This document shows positions 23,974-44,242 of a stretch of 64,000 nt of DNA, one piece after another (positions within the stretch are counted from its first letter, which is position 1; every line of letters starts with the position of its first letter). The stretch lies in NCBI GenBank assembly GCA_037447605.1, contig CM074821.1:620001-684000 (forward strand), in the 5' to 3' direction. Position numbers and translations under genes: made by a program. Under the pieces are notes generated by a model. That model worked only from the letters and a program-made list of their open reading frames with translations, ran no database searches and was not told where the DNA came from. This DNA is from Zygnema circumcarinatum SAG 698-1b (Eukaryota; Plantae; Zygnematophyceae).

Positions 23974-25827
23974 CGTTCTGCACAGCCCTGCAGCAGGCAA
24001 CAGCCAGGTGGGCTGTTAGCCTCTCATCTCGAGTACGGAAGGGCCTACAGTGAGATTTCATGTTCTGATATTGAAACCGACGTAGAGGAAAGGCAGGGAG
24101 GAAAAAGAGGAGGGATCCACCAGGCAAGTTAGCTTCGAAGGACAAGAGAAGTTCTTGGGAGAAGCAGACTGGGCGACTGTAGGATGGTGGAGGAAGGTGC
24201 TGGGAGTGGAGCAGTGTTCTGGTATGCCTTTCGGATAGTTATCACTGAGGCTGCAGGCAAGTGATCGGAGTAAAGTTAGTTCACACGGGGGGGTCTTCTT
24301 GGGAAAGCAGTGAGTTCTTTGTTTCCCATATCCATCATATTACAGCAATCCGAGTTATCTTGATCCCTTAGAAAATTATTTTGGATACAGAAAATTGCAT
24401 ACATCGTAGTATACTAGTGTACATAGAGTTAGAATGCCCTTTCCACAAGCTGGCTGAAGGATGACTTATATCCAATAGTGGGGATGCCTCGATCTAAGTC
24501 AGCTCATTTGGGATGGGAAGATTTCTCCAAGAAAAGGTGGGAGAGTTGCACAGTTTTGGCTTAAATTTCATTGCAGTTGTTAAGTGGGGAAGGCAAGTTT
24601 GAACCTCAGAAATGCATAAGCTCAAGAACCTTTGCTCTTCAGTCATTCATTCTCGTTAGTCCACATGCTACTGGGGGATGTGGGCAGGGGGCTTGGCTGG
24701 TCGGTCGCTTTGCGTTAGTTTATGATCGGCTGTCGGTCCACACTGGCACCATGCATCCACATGCAGTTTGCATGTGCACTGTGGGAAATGGAAATGTGTT
24801 GCTCTGCATACTTATGTTTTCTCTACCCATTCCCTTTTTTCATGCAATATCTAGAAGTTCAGCTTCGACAGTCGGTAGTCCTTATTGGAGTTGTCTTTAG
24901 ATGCCTTTTCAAGGTTGGACATCATAGCATCTTACCGGCCCAGTGAAGAATTTCTCAGGGCCTGTCTGCCGTTCGTGCTAACGGGGAGGGTCGTCCATGG
25001 TTGTGTGCGACGGGTCGGGGAGTTTGCTCTATTGGGCAGTGCACATTGTTCAACACCGGACTTCTACTTTAAGACAAGCACATCGTTCATCTTTTAGTGT
25101 GGGGCCATGCTAATTCCTGCACGGTTTCACTTGCTCTACCTTCATTATTGTGGACCACACTAAATACGTACCGACACTGATTGGTGGATGGTTCATATAG
25201 TGTAGGCCACACCATGACACTCCCAATGACTCGGGGGATATTATGGCTTCAGTGTTGCTGGTATATCTAATTCATACACATTTCCCACTCTGCTCTCTCA
25301 ACGCCTCTCAAAGCCCTGCCCTGCCTGCCCTGCCTGCCCTGCCATGCCCTGCCCTGCACTGACCACAGGGTCACGCCACAGAAATCACTCCCCTTCCAGC
25401 GCCATCCGACCGTTCTCCCAATTCCGTAAACTCCACGGAATCTATGGATCCGTACACTCGGACTCAACTCCGCCACCAGACCGTACAACTCGACTTTCAT
25501 TAAGTCGCACGAGTCGCACGTGACGTGCGACGTCGCACACAAGTCACAATATGGCGAAAATATCGCACTCACACTTGCGATATGTACGGTAACCTGATAA
25601 AGTCACTTTACTCTGGTTCCGTTTCAATATGGTACAATAGTGTTGCATGGCGCTGCATGGCCCTGCGGATTCTGCAAGACAGGGAGGGCTCGTCTTCACG
25701 TCGGCGCCGCATGCAGGAGGCCATGATTTCCTTTTTTTGTTTAGGGTTTCTGGGCGCGCATATGAAAAGGTATTGCAGGAGTCTTTTCTTGATTAGAGGA
25801 TAGGGTTGGAAAAGGAAGCGCAGAGGA

Positions 25828-34381
<8,554 letters not shown>

Positions 34382-35892
34382 GTCTGCCTCTCTCTCTCTC
34401 TCTCTCTCTCTCTCTNNNNNNNNNNGAGAGGGGCGAGGGGAGAGGGGAGAGGGGCGAGGGAGTGTTCTGCCGTATAGCTTTGTGGGCTCAAAGGAGAATC
34501 ACAAATTAACAATACCGTACTTGTCTATGGGAGTGCTTATATAGTAAAAATGAACAGGGTGAGAAATTGAGAAACGAATTTACTTCAATTTCTCAATTCG
34601 CAATGTTGTTAAATAGGGTTGAACTTTGAACACTCGAGGTCGAAACTTTTTCTATGTAAGAAAGCGAAAAGCTTTACCGAAAAAGTTGAAAGACTCGACA
34701 TGTTCGCTCGCAAGTGTGGATTCCAATTTTTGCCTCGTTGGTTCCGTGCGATGTGAGGGATCCGGTAAACCCAAACCTCATTGTTTATTTTTTTTTTCCC
34801 CTTTAAAATTGCAAATCTAGCCCAAAGATATGTAAATAGTAAATGAATTCCTCCTTTAACCTTTTTTTTGTAGGACAGAGTGCGCGTCCTCCCCTCCGCG
34901 GCCTCCCCCGGAGGGGCTGGCGTCACATGTGGGCGCTGTGCCGTGAAAGTTCTACTGGAGGGGGGGGAGGAGGGGGGATACATGTCATGGATCAGCGTTG
35001 TTCGCCGTTACCTCGGACTGTCGTATGCATCGCCAATGATTGCCGTGTTGCCGCGCGTGGTCGTACGGTCAACTCCTCGTACGATTGTTGACTCTCGAGG
35101 AGCGCCCAATAGGAAGCCTGGAATGGACACGTGGATTGAATCCGTACAGTGAGACTATTTGTCGTTTGGTGCTGTTCATCATTCCAATCTCTCATCCCTT
35201 CGCAAAAAAATAAGTACTTGGGTCAAATAACGATCTCAAAACTGCGGAGTATTCCGTCTCAAAAAACTCTTCACTCATTGTCTACCATGCCCCATGCCCA
35301 TGCGCTACGCGACAAAATTGGCCGCGAAGGAAACCTGGAGCCGTGAATGCCGCCAGTCGCGCTGCCGCCTGCGCCAGGCCGGTCTCAATGGCGGCAACAA
35401 GAAACGACAAGATGGTACACTAACGCATGGAGCCGTAAATCTCGTGACTTGTCGTATCTAACTACCGACCTATTCCTGCCATGGCCATTGAGGCTCCAGT
35501 AGGGGTTGTCAGACTGAGTTTTTACGCCAGAACGAGTACTCCGGTATAATAGCGACCACGGTTTAGCGAAATACCGGATTACCCTAACTCTCGTTTCAAT
35601 ATGATTTCGTTGTCTGACACGCCCTTGTCGTGTCGATGACGTAACCACATAGGAAGCAGTTCAAACCCAACCAATTACAGCACGAAGACACGTGCGAAAA
35701 GGACAAAATATACGAACAAGTACGGAAAGTGCGAATGGTACAACCAGTACGAATCTTTTGTCTCCACATGAGAGTTCCGTTCCTTTCGTCTCCTCTCGTC
35801 CGTCTCTCCCTCTCTCCCTCTTCTCTCTCCCTCTCCCTCTTTCTCTCCCTCTCTCTCGCTTTCGTACAGTGGAGCTCCGTTACTCTCACGCC

Positions 35893-36713
35893 ATGGGTCG
35901 CCCTCCCCTTCAGAACCTCCTCCTCTTCCTCCTCCTCCTCCCCTCTCTCTCTCTCTCCGCCCCGCGGCCTCTCTCCCTCCCCCCCGACTGGGACCGCCTG
36001 CTGGAGGTCCTCCAGGGCCTGCCCGCACGTGTGAACGGAGGCAGGGACGTGTTCAAGGCCGGCCCCGTCAGCCTCGGGACGCTGCGAGGGCTTCGCGACC
36101 AGATGCAGGGCACCTGGACAGCGGCCTCGGGAGGGCGCCTGCTGCCAGGTACATCGCACCGGGGCCGGATCCTGTCGGAGGAGGACAGCAGGAGGGAGGA
36201 GACCGACCGGCTCTACTGCTGGGAGAAGGACGACATGCTGCGCCGCCCGGAGAGATTCTCGCCTGGTCTGTTGCATTGCCTTTCTATGCTCTCATGGGCA
36301 GCATCCCGCACATTTTGCTACTGACCGGGCCATAGAGTTGAGATATCGCAGCAACCCAACAGTGCATTCTCCTTCTGGGGGACCCTACAGATGATCAGAG
36401 CTTGAAATTTGTGGCGATCGGGCATCTGATAGTGCAGCTGTCGAAGGCGCGGCTGCACTTTGCGGAGGCGATGATGATGGCACGCGAGACGGGGCGGGTC
36501 GTGGTTCTGCCAAACGTGGGGAACAGCGAGGTTGGGAATCCCGAGTTCACGCTGCCCTTCTGCACGTACTTCAACACGGAGACGGTGGACGAGTATGTGA
36601 CGTGGGTAAGCGAGCGCTACTTTCTGGAGGAGGTTCTGCCGAAGAGGCAGAAGAAGCTCTCCACCTTCACCATGTTCATGACGCGGTACGGCGTCTCCTG
36701 CGACCCGGTACTG

Positions 36714-36751
<38 letters not shown>

Positions 36752-39700
36752 CTCTCTCTCTCCCCGCCCCATCCCTCCCCCTCTTTCTCTCCGCCTTCCT
36801 CACTACACCTGTCTCTCACCCTCTCCCTCTCCTCCACTCTGGCCCTATGTCACACTCGCCCCTTCTTCCCTCCCTCTCCTTGCCNNNNNNNNNNCCCCCC
36901 CCCCCCCCCCCGCCTTTCTATCGTTCTTTCTTTACTCTCGTCCCCCCATCACTCTCCTCACCCATTTCCATCGCCGCATTGTCTTGCATTTATTCTGTGT
37001 GTGTGCAGGCGAGGATTTTTGGAAAGTATACAACTTCCCGTTCAGGCGATACCGGCGAGCAGTACGACCAAGTCCTGACGGAGAGCGTGCGGGGCGCGGC
37101 CCACACGTGCATCATCTGCAGAAACCACGAGTCGGGGGAGGAGGTCCTGCGGGCGGCCAAGGAGGACGCGAGGGACGCCGACGTCCTCGTCCTTGTAAGG
37201 GCCGCCTTTCAAAGCTGCTTGTCGCCGGAGAATATCACGGTAAGGGGGTGAAACCAATGTCGAAAAGGAAAGTGCAGAGGAGGGGGAGGGTGGGGAGGGG
37301 GAGGGGGAGGGGGAGGGGGAGGGGGAGGGGAGGGGGGAGGGGGAGGGGGAGGGGGGGAGGGGGAGGGGGAGGGGGAGGGGGAGGGGGAGGGGGAGGGGGA
37401 GGGGGAGGGGGAGGGGGAGGGGGAGGGGGAGGGGGAGGGGGGAGGGGGAGGGGGGGAGGGGGAGGGGGGGAGGGGGGAGGGGGAGGGGGAGGGGGAGGGG
37501 AGGGGGAGGGGGAGGGGGAGGGGGAGGGGAGGGGGAGGGGGAGGGGGAGGGGGAGGGGGGGAGGGGGAGGGGGAGGGGAGGGGGAGGGGGAGGGGGAGGG
37601 GGAGGGGAGGGGAGGGGGAGGGGGGGAGGGGAGGGGAGGGGGAGGGGAGGGGAGGGGGAGGGGAGGGAGGGGAGGGGGAGGGGAGGGAGGGGAGGGGGAG
37701 GGGGAGGGGGAGGGGAGGGGAGGGGGAGGGGAGGGGAGGGGGAGGGGAGGGGGAGGGGGGAGGGGAGGGGGAGGGGGAGGGGGAGGGGGAGGGGAGGGAG
37801 GGAGGGAGGGGAGGGGAGGGGAGGGGAGGGGAGGGGAGGGAGGGAGGGAGAGGAGGGGGAGGGGGAGGGGGAGGGGGAGGGGGAGGGGGAGGGGGAGGGG
37901 GAGGGGGGAGGGGGAGGGGGAGGGTGGAGGGGGGAGGGGAGGGGGAGGGGGAGAGGGGGAGGGGGAGGGGGAGGGGGAGGGGGAGGGGAGGGGGAGGGGG
38001 AGGGGGAGGGGGAGGGGGAGGGGGAGGGAGGGGAGGGGGAGGGGGAGGGGGAGGGGGAGGGGGAGGGGGAGGGGGAGGGGGAGGGGGAGGGGGAGGGAAC
38101 GGGATTTGAATGAATGAATTCCTTCTTGTTCAAACTAGAGTTGGGGTCAGACTTAGCATGTTTCTGTAGGGAAAATCTGTTTCAAAGGCAGTGCTTTGAT
38201 CCCTGTTTCATTTCTATTATTTGCGTGAATCAGGTTGTGACTTCGAATTCATATTCATGAAATGCTTATACGCTCATCTGAACGCCATACTGCGTTAGGA
38301 GTTGAACCAAAAGTTGAGAGAATGTTGCGGGAGTGCTGCAGGCTGCTTCTCAGTACATGGAGTACAGCGCGAGCCTCAAGAAGCAAGTGTTGGAGATGAA
38401 GAGCGAGGTGTTCCCCGGCGGGTTCATCGCTTTGCAGTGGCGGATTGAGAAGATGCTCGAGAGCAGAATCACGGCGGAGGAAATCACCGCCTGCAAGGAC
38501 GGCCTGCTTCGCACGGCGCGGAGGAAAGCTGAGGAGTACAACATCAACCGGTTTTTCCTTGCGTCTGACGTGAGCCCCATGATTGGGTATGTGCATTTTT
38601 TCATGTCACGACATCATACACAAACCCACAAACCCTATTTTATTCTGCATTTACTTACCCTAATACTCTCTGCATGCAAACCCTGAGATTCTCTGCATAC
38701 ATACACCTAAATTTCCTCTGCGTACACAAACCCTTAAACCCTTAAACCCTAAGTTTCTAGAAGTGGAAGTGCGACATAGTGGCATGTACTTTTTCGGAAA
38801 ATCATCTTCGTGGGGATTAAGTCTTCTTGTTCTGTAGGTGAAGGATCGAGAATGTCTAATAAGCCAATTTTGTTCCCCCTCCCCCCCTCTCCTTCCTTCT
38901 CGAATGCAGGCGAGCGAAATCGAACAGCTTTGGTTGGTTTGAATTGAACTCGTTTTCTTCAACTGTGATAAGTGGCCTCAGGGTGAGTTCATCGCCAGGG
39001 CCTAATTTTTAATTATAATTGTAAACACATGTTAGGTTTTGACATTTGAAAGGTTTGCACAGGTCGGCCCATGGGATCGGCAACCATTGGACAACCATTG
39101 AATGGCAATGGTTGGACGTGTAGTGGTTGGCAACCAGTCGAATGGGTGCCAACCATTGGCATCCACTGGTTCTGAACCATTCGATTGGTTGCCAACCATT
39201 GGCATCCACTGGTTCTGAACCATTCGATTGGTTGCCTACCATTGGCGCCTGACCGAAACAACCATTCGACTGGTTTGAACCACTGATGCCAATGGTTGGC
39301 AACCAATCGAATGGTTCAGAACCAGTGGATGCCAATGGTTGGCAACCAATCGAATGGTTCAGAACCAGTGGATGCCAATGGTTAGCAACCAATCAAATGG
39401 TTGGTCGAATGGTCCTACCTGTGAAGGTTTAATACAGCCCTTGCCGCCTTCAGTATGTGATATGCTTTGGGGGTTTTCAGGGAAATTTTCGATTTTCTTG
39501 TCACTGATGGGTATGAGGCAGAGGGATATTTACTGAGAAGGGTAAGGTTGACTTTTTTTTCCTTCTCAGGAGATTTGCAGGGAGCTTAATCCAGTGACTT
39601 GGGACAGTTACAAGCGAAGCTTCGCCTCCATTGACAATGGCCTCCAGGTGAGCATGCTTAACAATTCTGTATGAAAAAAAGTAATGTTCAAAATCTGAGT

Positions 39701-40227
39701 AACTAAAACATAAAACTGCAAAACAGTTTTTTTCTTCAGCTGAGTTCGTGAGAAAAAGCCCGACGGAAGTGTCCCAAAAACTCCACTCTATCCAAAAGAA
39801 CTTCACACAGGGGCCTCCCTCCCTACATAAGGAGCATTTCATGACTGACCCTGGCAGCCCCCAGAAACCCTAAACTAAACCTAAACCAAAACCCTAAACC
39901 CTAAACCTAACCCTAAAATCTGCAGACCCTGAAACTCAGGGAAGCGATGTGGTCGAAAAGTTCTCCTTTTTGCCTGTTTTGCCGCTTTTTCCCTTCACCT
40001 CTCCTCTTTTTGCGCAGGGAATTTTGGACAAGGTGACGTGTACGGAAGCAACCCTCTTCATCTACGCTCCCCCCGAGTGCGCGGGTTCAGGGTTGAAGCC
40101 GCAGCGGTCGAGTTCGAGCTATGTGAGGGAGATCATCGCCGCCAGGAAAGCGGCAGGCTTGCGAAAGGATACCGCTCTGTTTTGGGAAACTGACATTGCA
40201 AACATGCAGTTGCAAAACGGACAATAG
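35893..40227 (+). CDS. GDP-fucose protein O-fucosyltransferase-family (GT-B fold, O-FucT/PF10250-like) glycosyltransferase with N-terminal signal/anchor
   Basis: N-terminal hydrophobic LLLFLLLLPSLSLS; QLSKARLHFAEAMMMARETGRVVVLP...FCTYFN (36400-36710); exon ~37008-37238; FIALQWRIEK and FFLASD (38342-38586); exons ~38910-38982 and ~39570-39647; GILDKVTCTEATLFI...SSSYVREIIAAR (40017-40227). The motif order matches the O-FucT family from pattern knowledge, not from a profile search. Confidence 0.75.
37277..38098 (+). repeat. ~820 bp almost pure G/A tract, (GGGGGA)n-like, in O-FucT intron
   Basis: Only two T and no C seen across the tract. Confidence 0.95.
39054..39427. mobile_element. Foldback/MITE-like non-autonomous element in O-FucT intron
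   Basis: A 43-bp unit twice in tandem (39148-39233) and twice as reverse complement (39301-39386), with imperfect ~19-bp terminal inverted repeats (39054-39072 / 39409-39427). No TSD seen, so mobility is not demonstrated. Confidence 0.55.
39865..39918 (+). repeat. Degenerate plant telomere-like (CCCTAAA) cluster in O-FucT intron
   Basis: Four CCCTAAA copies among AAACT/AAACCT variants. A smaller cluster is at 38728-38752. Confidence 0.7.
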
Positions 40228-41806
40228 AAAAAAAAAGTAAAAAAAAGGGGAAAAAAATGAATGAGAAATCAGAGAATAGTAGGGGTCGGAGAGAGGGGCG
40301 AGAAGCAGATTTTGAGAGTCTAAACAAGCTAATAAAGCGAGAGCTATTTAGAAAAGAATCTGGATAGCTTTTCATCTAACGAAAGATAGATCACGAGGTG
40401 TATAGCAAGAGAGTGAGGCTTCTCTAAGTAATAGTTCGCCAAGCGAGCTGTGAAGGTAGCGGAATTTTAGAAATATTGCTTAAAAAGTAAATACTATATA
40501 TTGAAAATAAATGTTAATATATTTAATCGTATTGTATTGTATATTGGAATATGGAATATGGAATATGGAATATTGTGTTCTTTAAATTCTTTTGTGTGTA
40601 GGCCATATACGGCAGGAGTGCTGAAGTGGCGGCAAGGCCGAGTTAGCACGACCTGAAGGCCCCTGATTTTTTGGGACAGATTTGGTTGGTGGAATTCACC
40701 GTTTGGTGTGTGCGTTTACCTCCCGAGGCCAAAAATTGTAAAATGTGAAGAATTTAGGAGACGGAGGTGTGAACATTTGAAAATGAAAACAGCACATCTG
40801 ACTGAAAGAGGACTCGAAAAGAAAAGAAAAAAAAAGGGGGGAGGGGGGGGGGGGGTGGAAAGAGGCACTGGCATAGTTTCGAAAGTTTCTTTTGTTAGAG
40901 CCCCACGACAGCTCCCCATACAAACGCTGCTGCTCTTAGAGCCGCCAAGATCTACCTTCCAAAAATGGATAAGAAAATATTTATTATTAATTTTTTTTTT
41001 TTCTAGAAGACTTCAGCACTTCAATCTCGCCCGGCACATATAAGGGCCGCAAACCTTTTTTGTTCTTCGCTTCAGAAGTTATCACTGCGATGTGATCTGA
41101 TGGAGAAAAGGAAACAGAAACGGATCCGTTGGGTAGGAAAACAAAGACGTGCAGGAAGGGCTCTCCCACGCGGGGAGGCGGCCAAGCACGCAGAGGAGTG
41201 GGCGAGGGAAAGGGGGAGAAAAGAGAGGGAGAAGGAGAGAGAGGAGAGAGGCCTCCATCATCTGCAATACAACAAAGGCCATTCACAAACCAGACGCAAA
41301 GCTGAGCTGAGAGTAACAATTCCAGACTCTGCCCTCTCATCTCTCTCAATCTCTCTCTCTCCCTCTCTTTCTCTTTTTTTCTACCCCCTTTCCCCCNNNN
41401 NNNNNNCCCCCCCCCCCCCCCCCCCCCCCCCCCGCGCCCGGTAGACAAGCAGTACGCCTATAAACTGTACACCCCTTCAAGTGGCCGATACATAAGGAAA
41501 AGGTAAGTCTTTACGGTTCAAAAAGTAAGGTTCTGCCTTTCTCTTTCACCCTCTATTTCTCCCATCCCCTCCCACCCCTTCCTCTCTCCCTAAATGAGCT
41601 TTACTGAAGCTACAATATTTCATCCCAAAAACATACATCACTTCATTGTCTTATACCGTTTTTCCTACAAATGCTGGCATCGGTTGCTCACCTGAATCCG
41701 GCTGCGGCATATACAGCGGTTTATAGCCATGGTCTCCTCTGAGGCCGGGCATATAAACTTAAAAATAACCTCCATCTTCTGCATTGAACATTTTGTTGGT
41801 GATCCT

Positions 41807-44041
41807 CTACACCGGCTGCTTTTTCTGCTCCCTCTCTTCCTGCTCTTGCATCTCCTTTATCAGGCGGGCTCGCTCTCCTGCCTGCAAATTCAAAGCTTGC
41901 AGAATCAGCGAGAGGCTCTGAGCATGACTTCCCGTGAGAGGCAAATGAAGCTGCATACAAGCAACCTAACTGACCAATACATAACATCCAGTTTTTTATA
42001 CATGCACGCACTTTACATACCTTATGTATGCCATGCATCCGGCATGCTATTACGTGTAGTTATGTATCTTTACTGTTTTGACAATGAAGATGGGGTGGGG
42101 GCGACTCATTTTCTTTCTCAGTATCAAGGTATTTACGCATATGGCCAAACTCAATAATCAATTCTCAACTTCCATCCATCAGCTGCGTGTAAAACTTCAT
42201 CAAGAATATTGAAACCTTCCTCACCTGCCGCATTCGCATCAAGGTCAAGCTTTCGTAGTCCTTGTAGGCTGTTCCCACCATGGGCCCACCACTCCATATC
42301 TCTGCAACCCCTCCTCCTCTTCCTCCTCCTGCAGGACCTCCTCTCTTCCCTTCTCCACTCTCTCCCCCACTCCCGCCCCCTCCCGCACCTTTCCCTGGGT
42401 TAAACCCTCCTGCCCCATTAGCCCCATAGTCTGTGTGGCCATTTCCTGCTTCAGACGAAGCTTCAGGAGGTCTGCTACTTGGCTCGTTGGTTCGAATACT
42501 CTCTGTTGAAGCTCCTGCCAAGGGAGCAGCCGGAACCACTAGTAAAGGGTTGGCGAGGTCTCCACAGACATTTCCTGTTGCTGCAACCTGAGAGGGGGCA
42601 CACAGCTCGTTGATAAGCCGTAAGATGATGGCCTGTTGAGAAGGGAGAGGAAGATAAACAAGAGATCGCTCCGGATCTAAAAGCTTCTTTTTCTCTGCCT
42701 CGTTTCCTCTTCAAAACTTATAAGACATTGAACCAAATCATGTACGTTCAAGTCGATCGTATTTCACTGAAAACGCGTCCTTACTTAAAAGGAGAAGATT
42801 TCTATATTGAAAGGCAAGAGAAGGTCAGGCTAGTCACACATACCGCAGCTGCAGCTGAGTGCATAACCACTAAAGCTACGCCTTTTTTCTTCTTCCCCGC
42901 TCGAACTAGGACGTCTTCAACTTGCCCAAACTCCTCAAAAATCTCTCGCAATCGTTCCGCGCTATATGCGTCCCCAATACCCTCCCCTTTCAACCAACTC
43001 ACTTTCAGAGTCTTTGCCTCATCTCCCGCTCCTCCTCCTCCCCCTCCCCCTCCCGCTCCCTCTCTCATTCCACCTCTCCCTGCAGCACTCGCACCTGCAG
43101 TCCCCCTCTGCTGACTCTCCTTTGCTTCTGCTGCCTTTTTCCGAATGCGCGCGAGCTCCTTCTTCAGTCTCTCCCGTGCTATCTCCTCCGCATTCCTCTC
43201 CTGCTCTGCCGCTGTTTCCCGTGCAACCAAGTCCGCAACCATTTTTTGGCGTTTGCTGCTCTGCTGCGAAAGCTTCTCAGCCTTCGCTTTCCGGACTCGA
43301 AGGAGCTCATCGTATGCTTTTCGAGCTTCCACATCGCCCAAAACTTCATAAGCCTTCTGAATCTTTTCGAATTGTGCAGCTGCAAGAGAGTGCGCACATA
43401 ACATCTTAGAAAAAAAATGGAATAAAAATGGACGAAGGATGCAGACATATGGAAGCCTTTCCGCACCTTCGGTGCTTCAGCAGTGCAGCGAAGGAAAACT
43501 AAAAAACTGAAAATGCTACCAACCCTAATTTTGAGGGCAAGGAGGAAACCCAAAGAAGGTTTAATCCCGTTTTACAGAAAGGGGGAATGTGCATAAGAAC
43601 GAAGATAAACAAGGGGAGAGTGCAATCATCTCTTGTTTTACTCTGGCACTATTCTGCAAAACAAAACAAAAAAACGAAAAAATACACGGAAAACACAGCC
43701 CTTTCGAATCGAAGCACCCTCCTCGTCCCTTTCCCGGCTTTTTCTCCCTTCCTGCTCCTTTCATGTCCCCTCCCCTTTCCTTTCCCCTTTCTCCATCTCC
43801 CTCCCTTCTCCCTCCTTCAGGCTACCAAGCATTAAAATGAAGAAAAATCATGTAGTGCTATGCCATGCCGCGCTATAGCCATGGCCATGGCCGCACCTGC
43901 ATGCGCATCGCCCGGGCGCTTGTCAGGATGCCACTCCAAAGCGCACTTGCGGTACGCTTTCCGCACGTCCAACGCGCTGCTCTCTAGCGCCGCCTCCAAC
44001 CCTAAAACCGCGTAGAGGTCGTCGTCTAGGACGGAAGCCAT
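41807..44041 (-). CDS. DNAJC17: DnaJ homolog subfamily C member 17 / Cwc23-like spliceosomal J-domain + RRM protein
   Basis: Exon 1 MASVLDDDLYAVLG...ALEWHPDKRP (J domain HPD); exon 2 FEKIQKAYEVLGDVEARKAYD...LKVSW...LREIFEEFGQVEDV (RRM); exon 3 VAATGNVCGDLANPLLVVP...YKDYESLTLMRMRQ; last exon AGERARLIKEMQEQEE...QPV* (41807-41882). Confidence 0.88.
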
Positions 44042-44210
44042 GGCAGCGCCCACGCCCTCTTCTCCCCTTCCTCCCTTCGCCCTCTCCCTCTCCTTTTCCC
44101 TCTCCCTCCCTCTCCTTCACTCTCTGCCTCTCTCTCCCCGGCCCTCCCTACCCTGTCCCTCGCTCTCGAGCTCCCCCCCTCAGTCAACGAGCAGGAGGGA
44201 GCTACACAGG

Positions 44211-44242
<32 letters not shown>

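Noticed and set aside
37042-38133. Long Pro-rich (-) and Gly-rich (+, tail of ORF 36402-38117) ORFs resembling extensins or glycine-rich proteins
   Set aside because: They are stop-free only because the sequence is a G/A tract. It lies inside a GT-AG intron of the O-FucT gene.
39148-39386. 43-bp repeats as a CRISPR array, and the repetitive ORFs 39009-39392
   Set aside because: The units are directly adjacent or inverted with no unique spacers, there are no cas genes, and the context is a eukaryotic intron. The ORFs merely translate the repeat.
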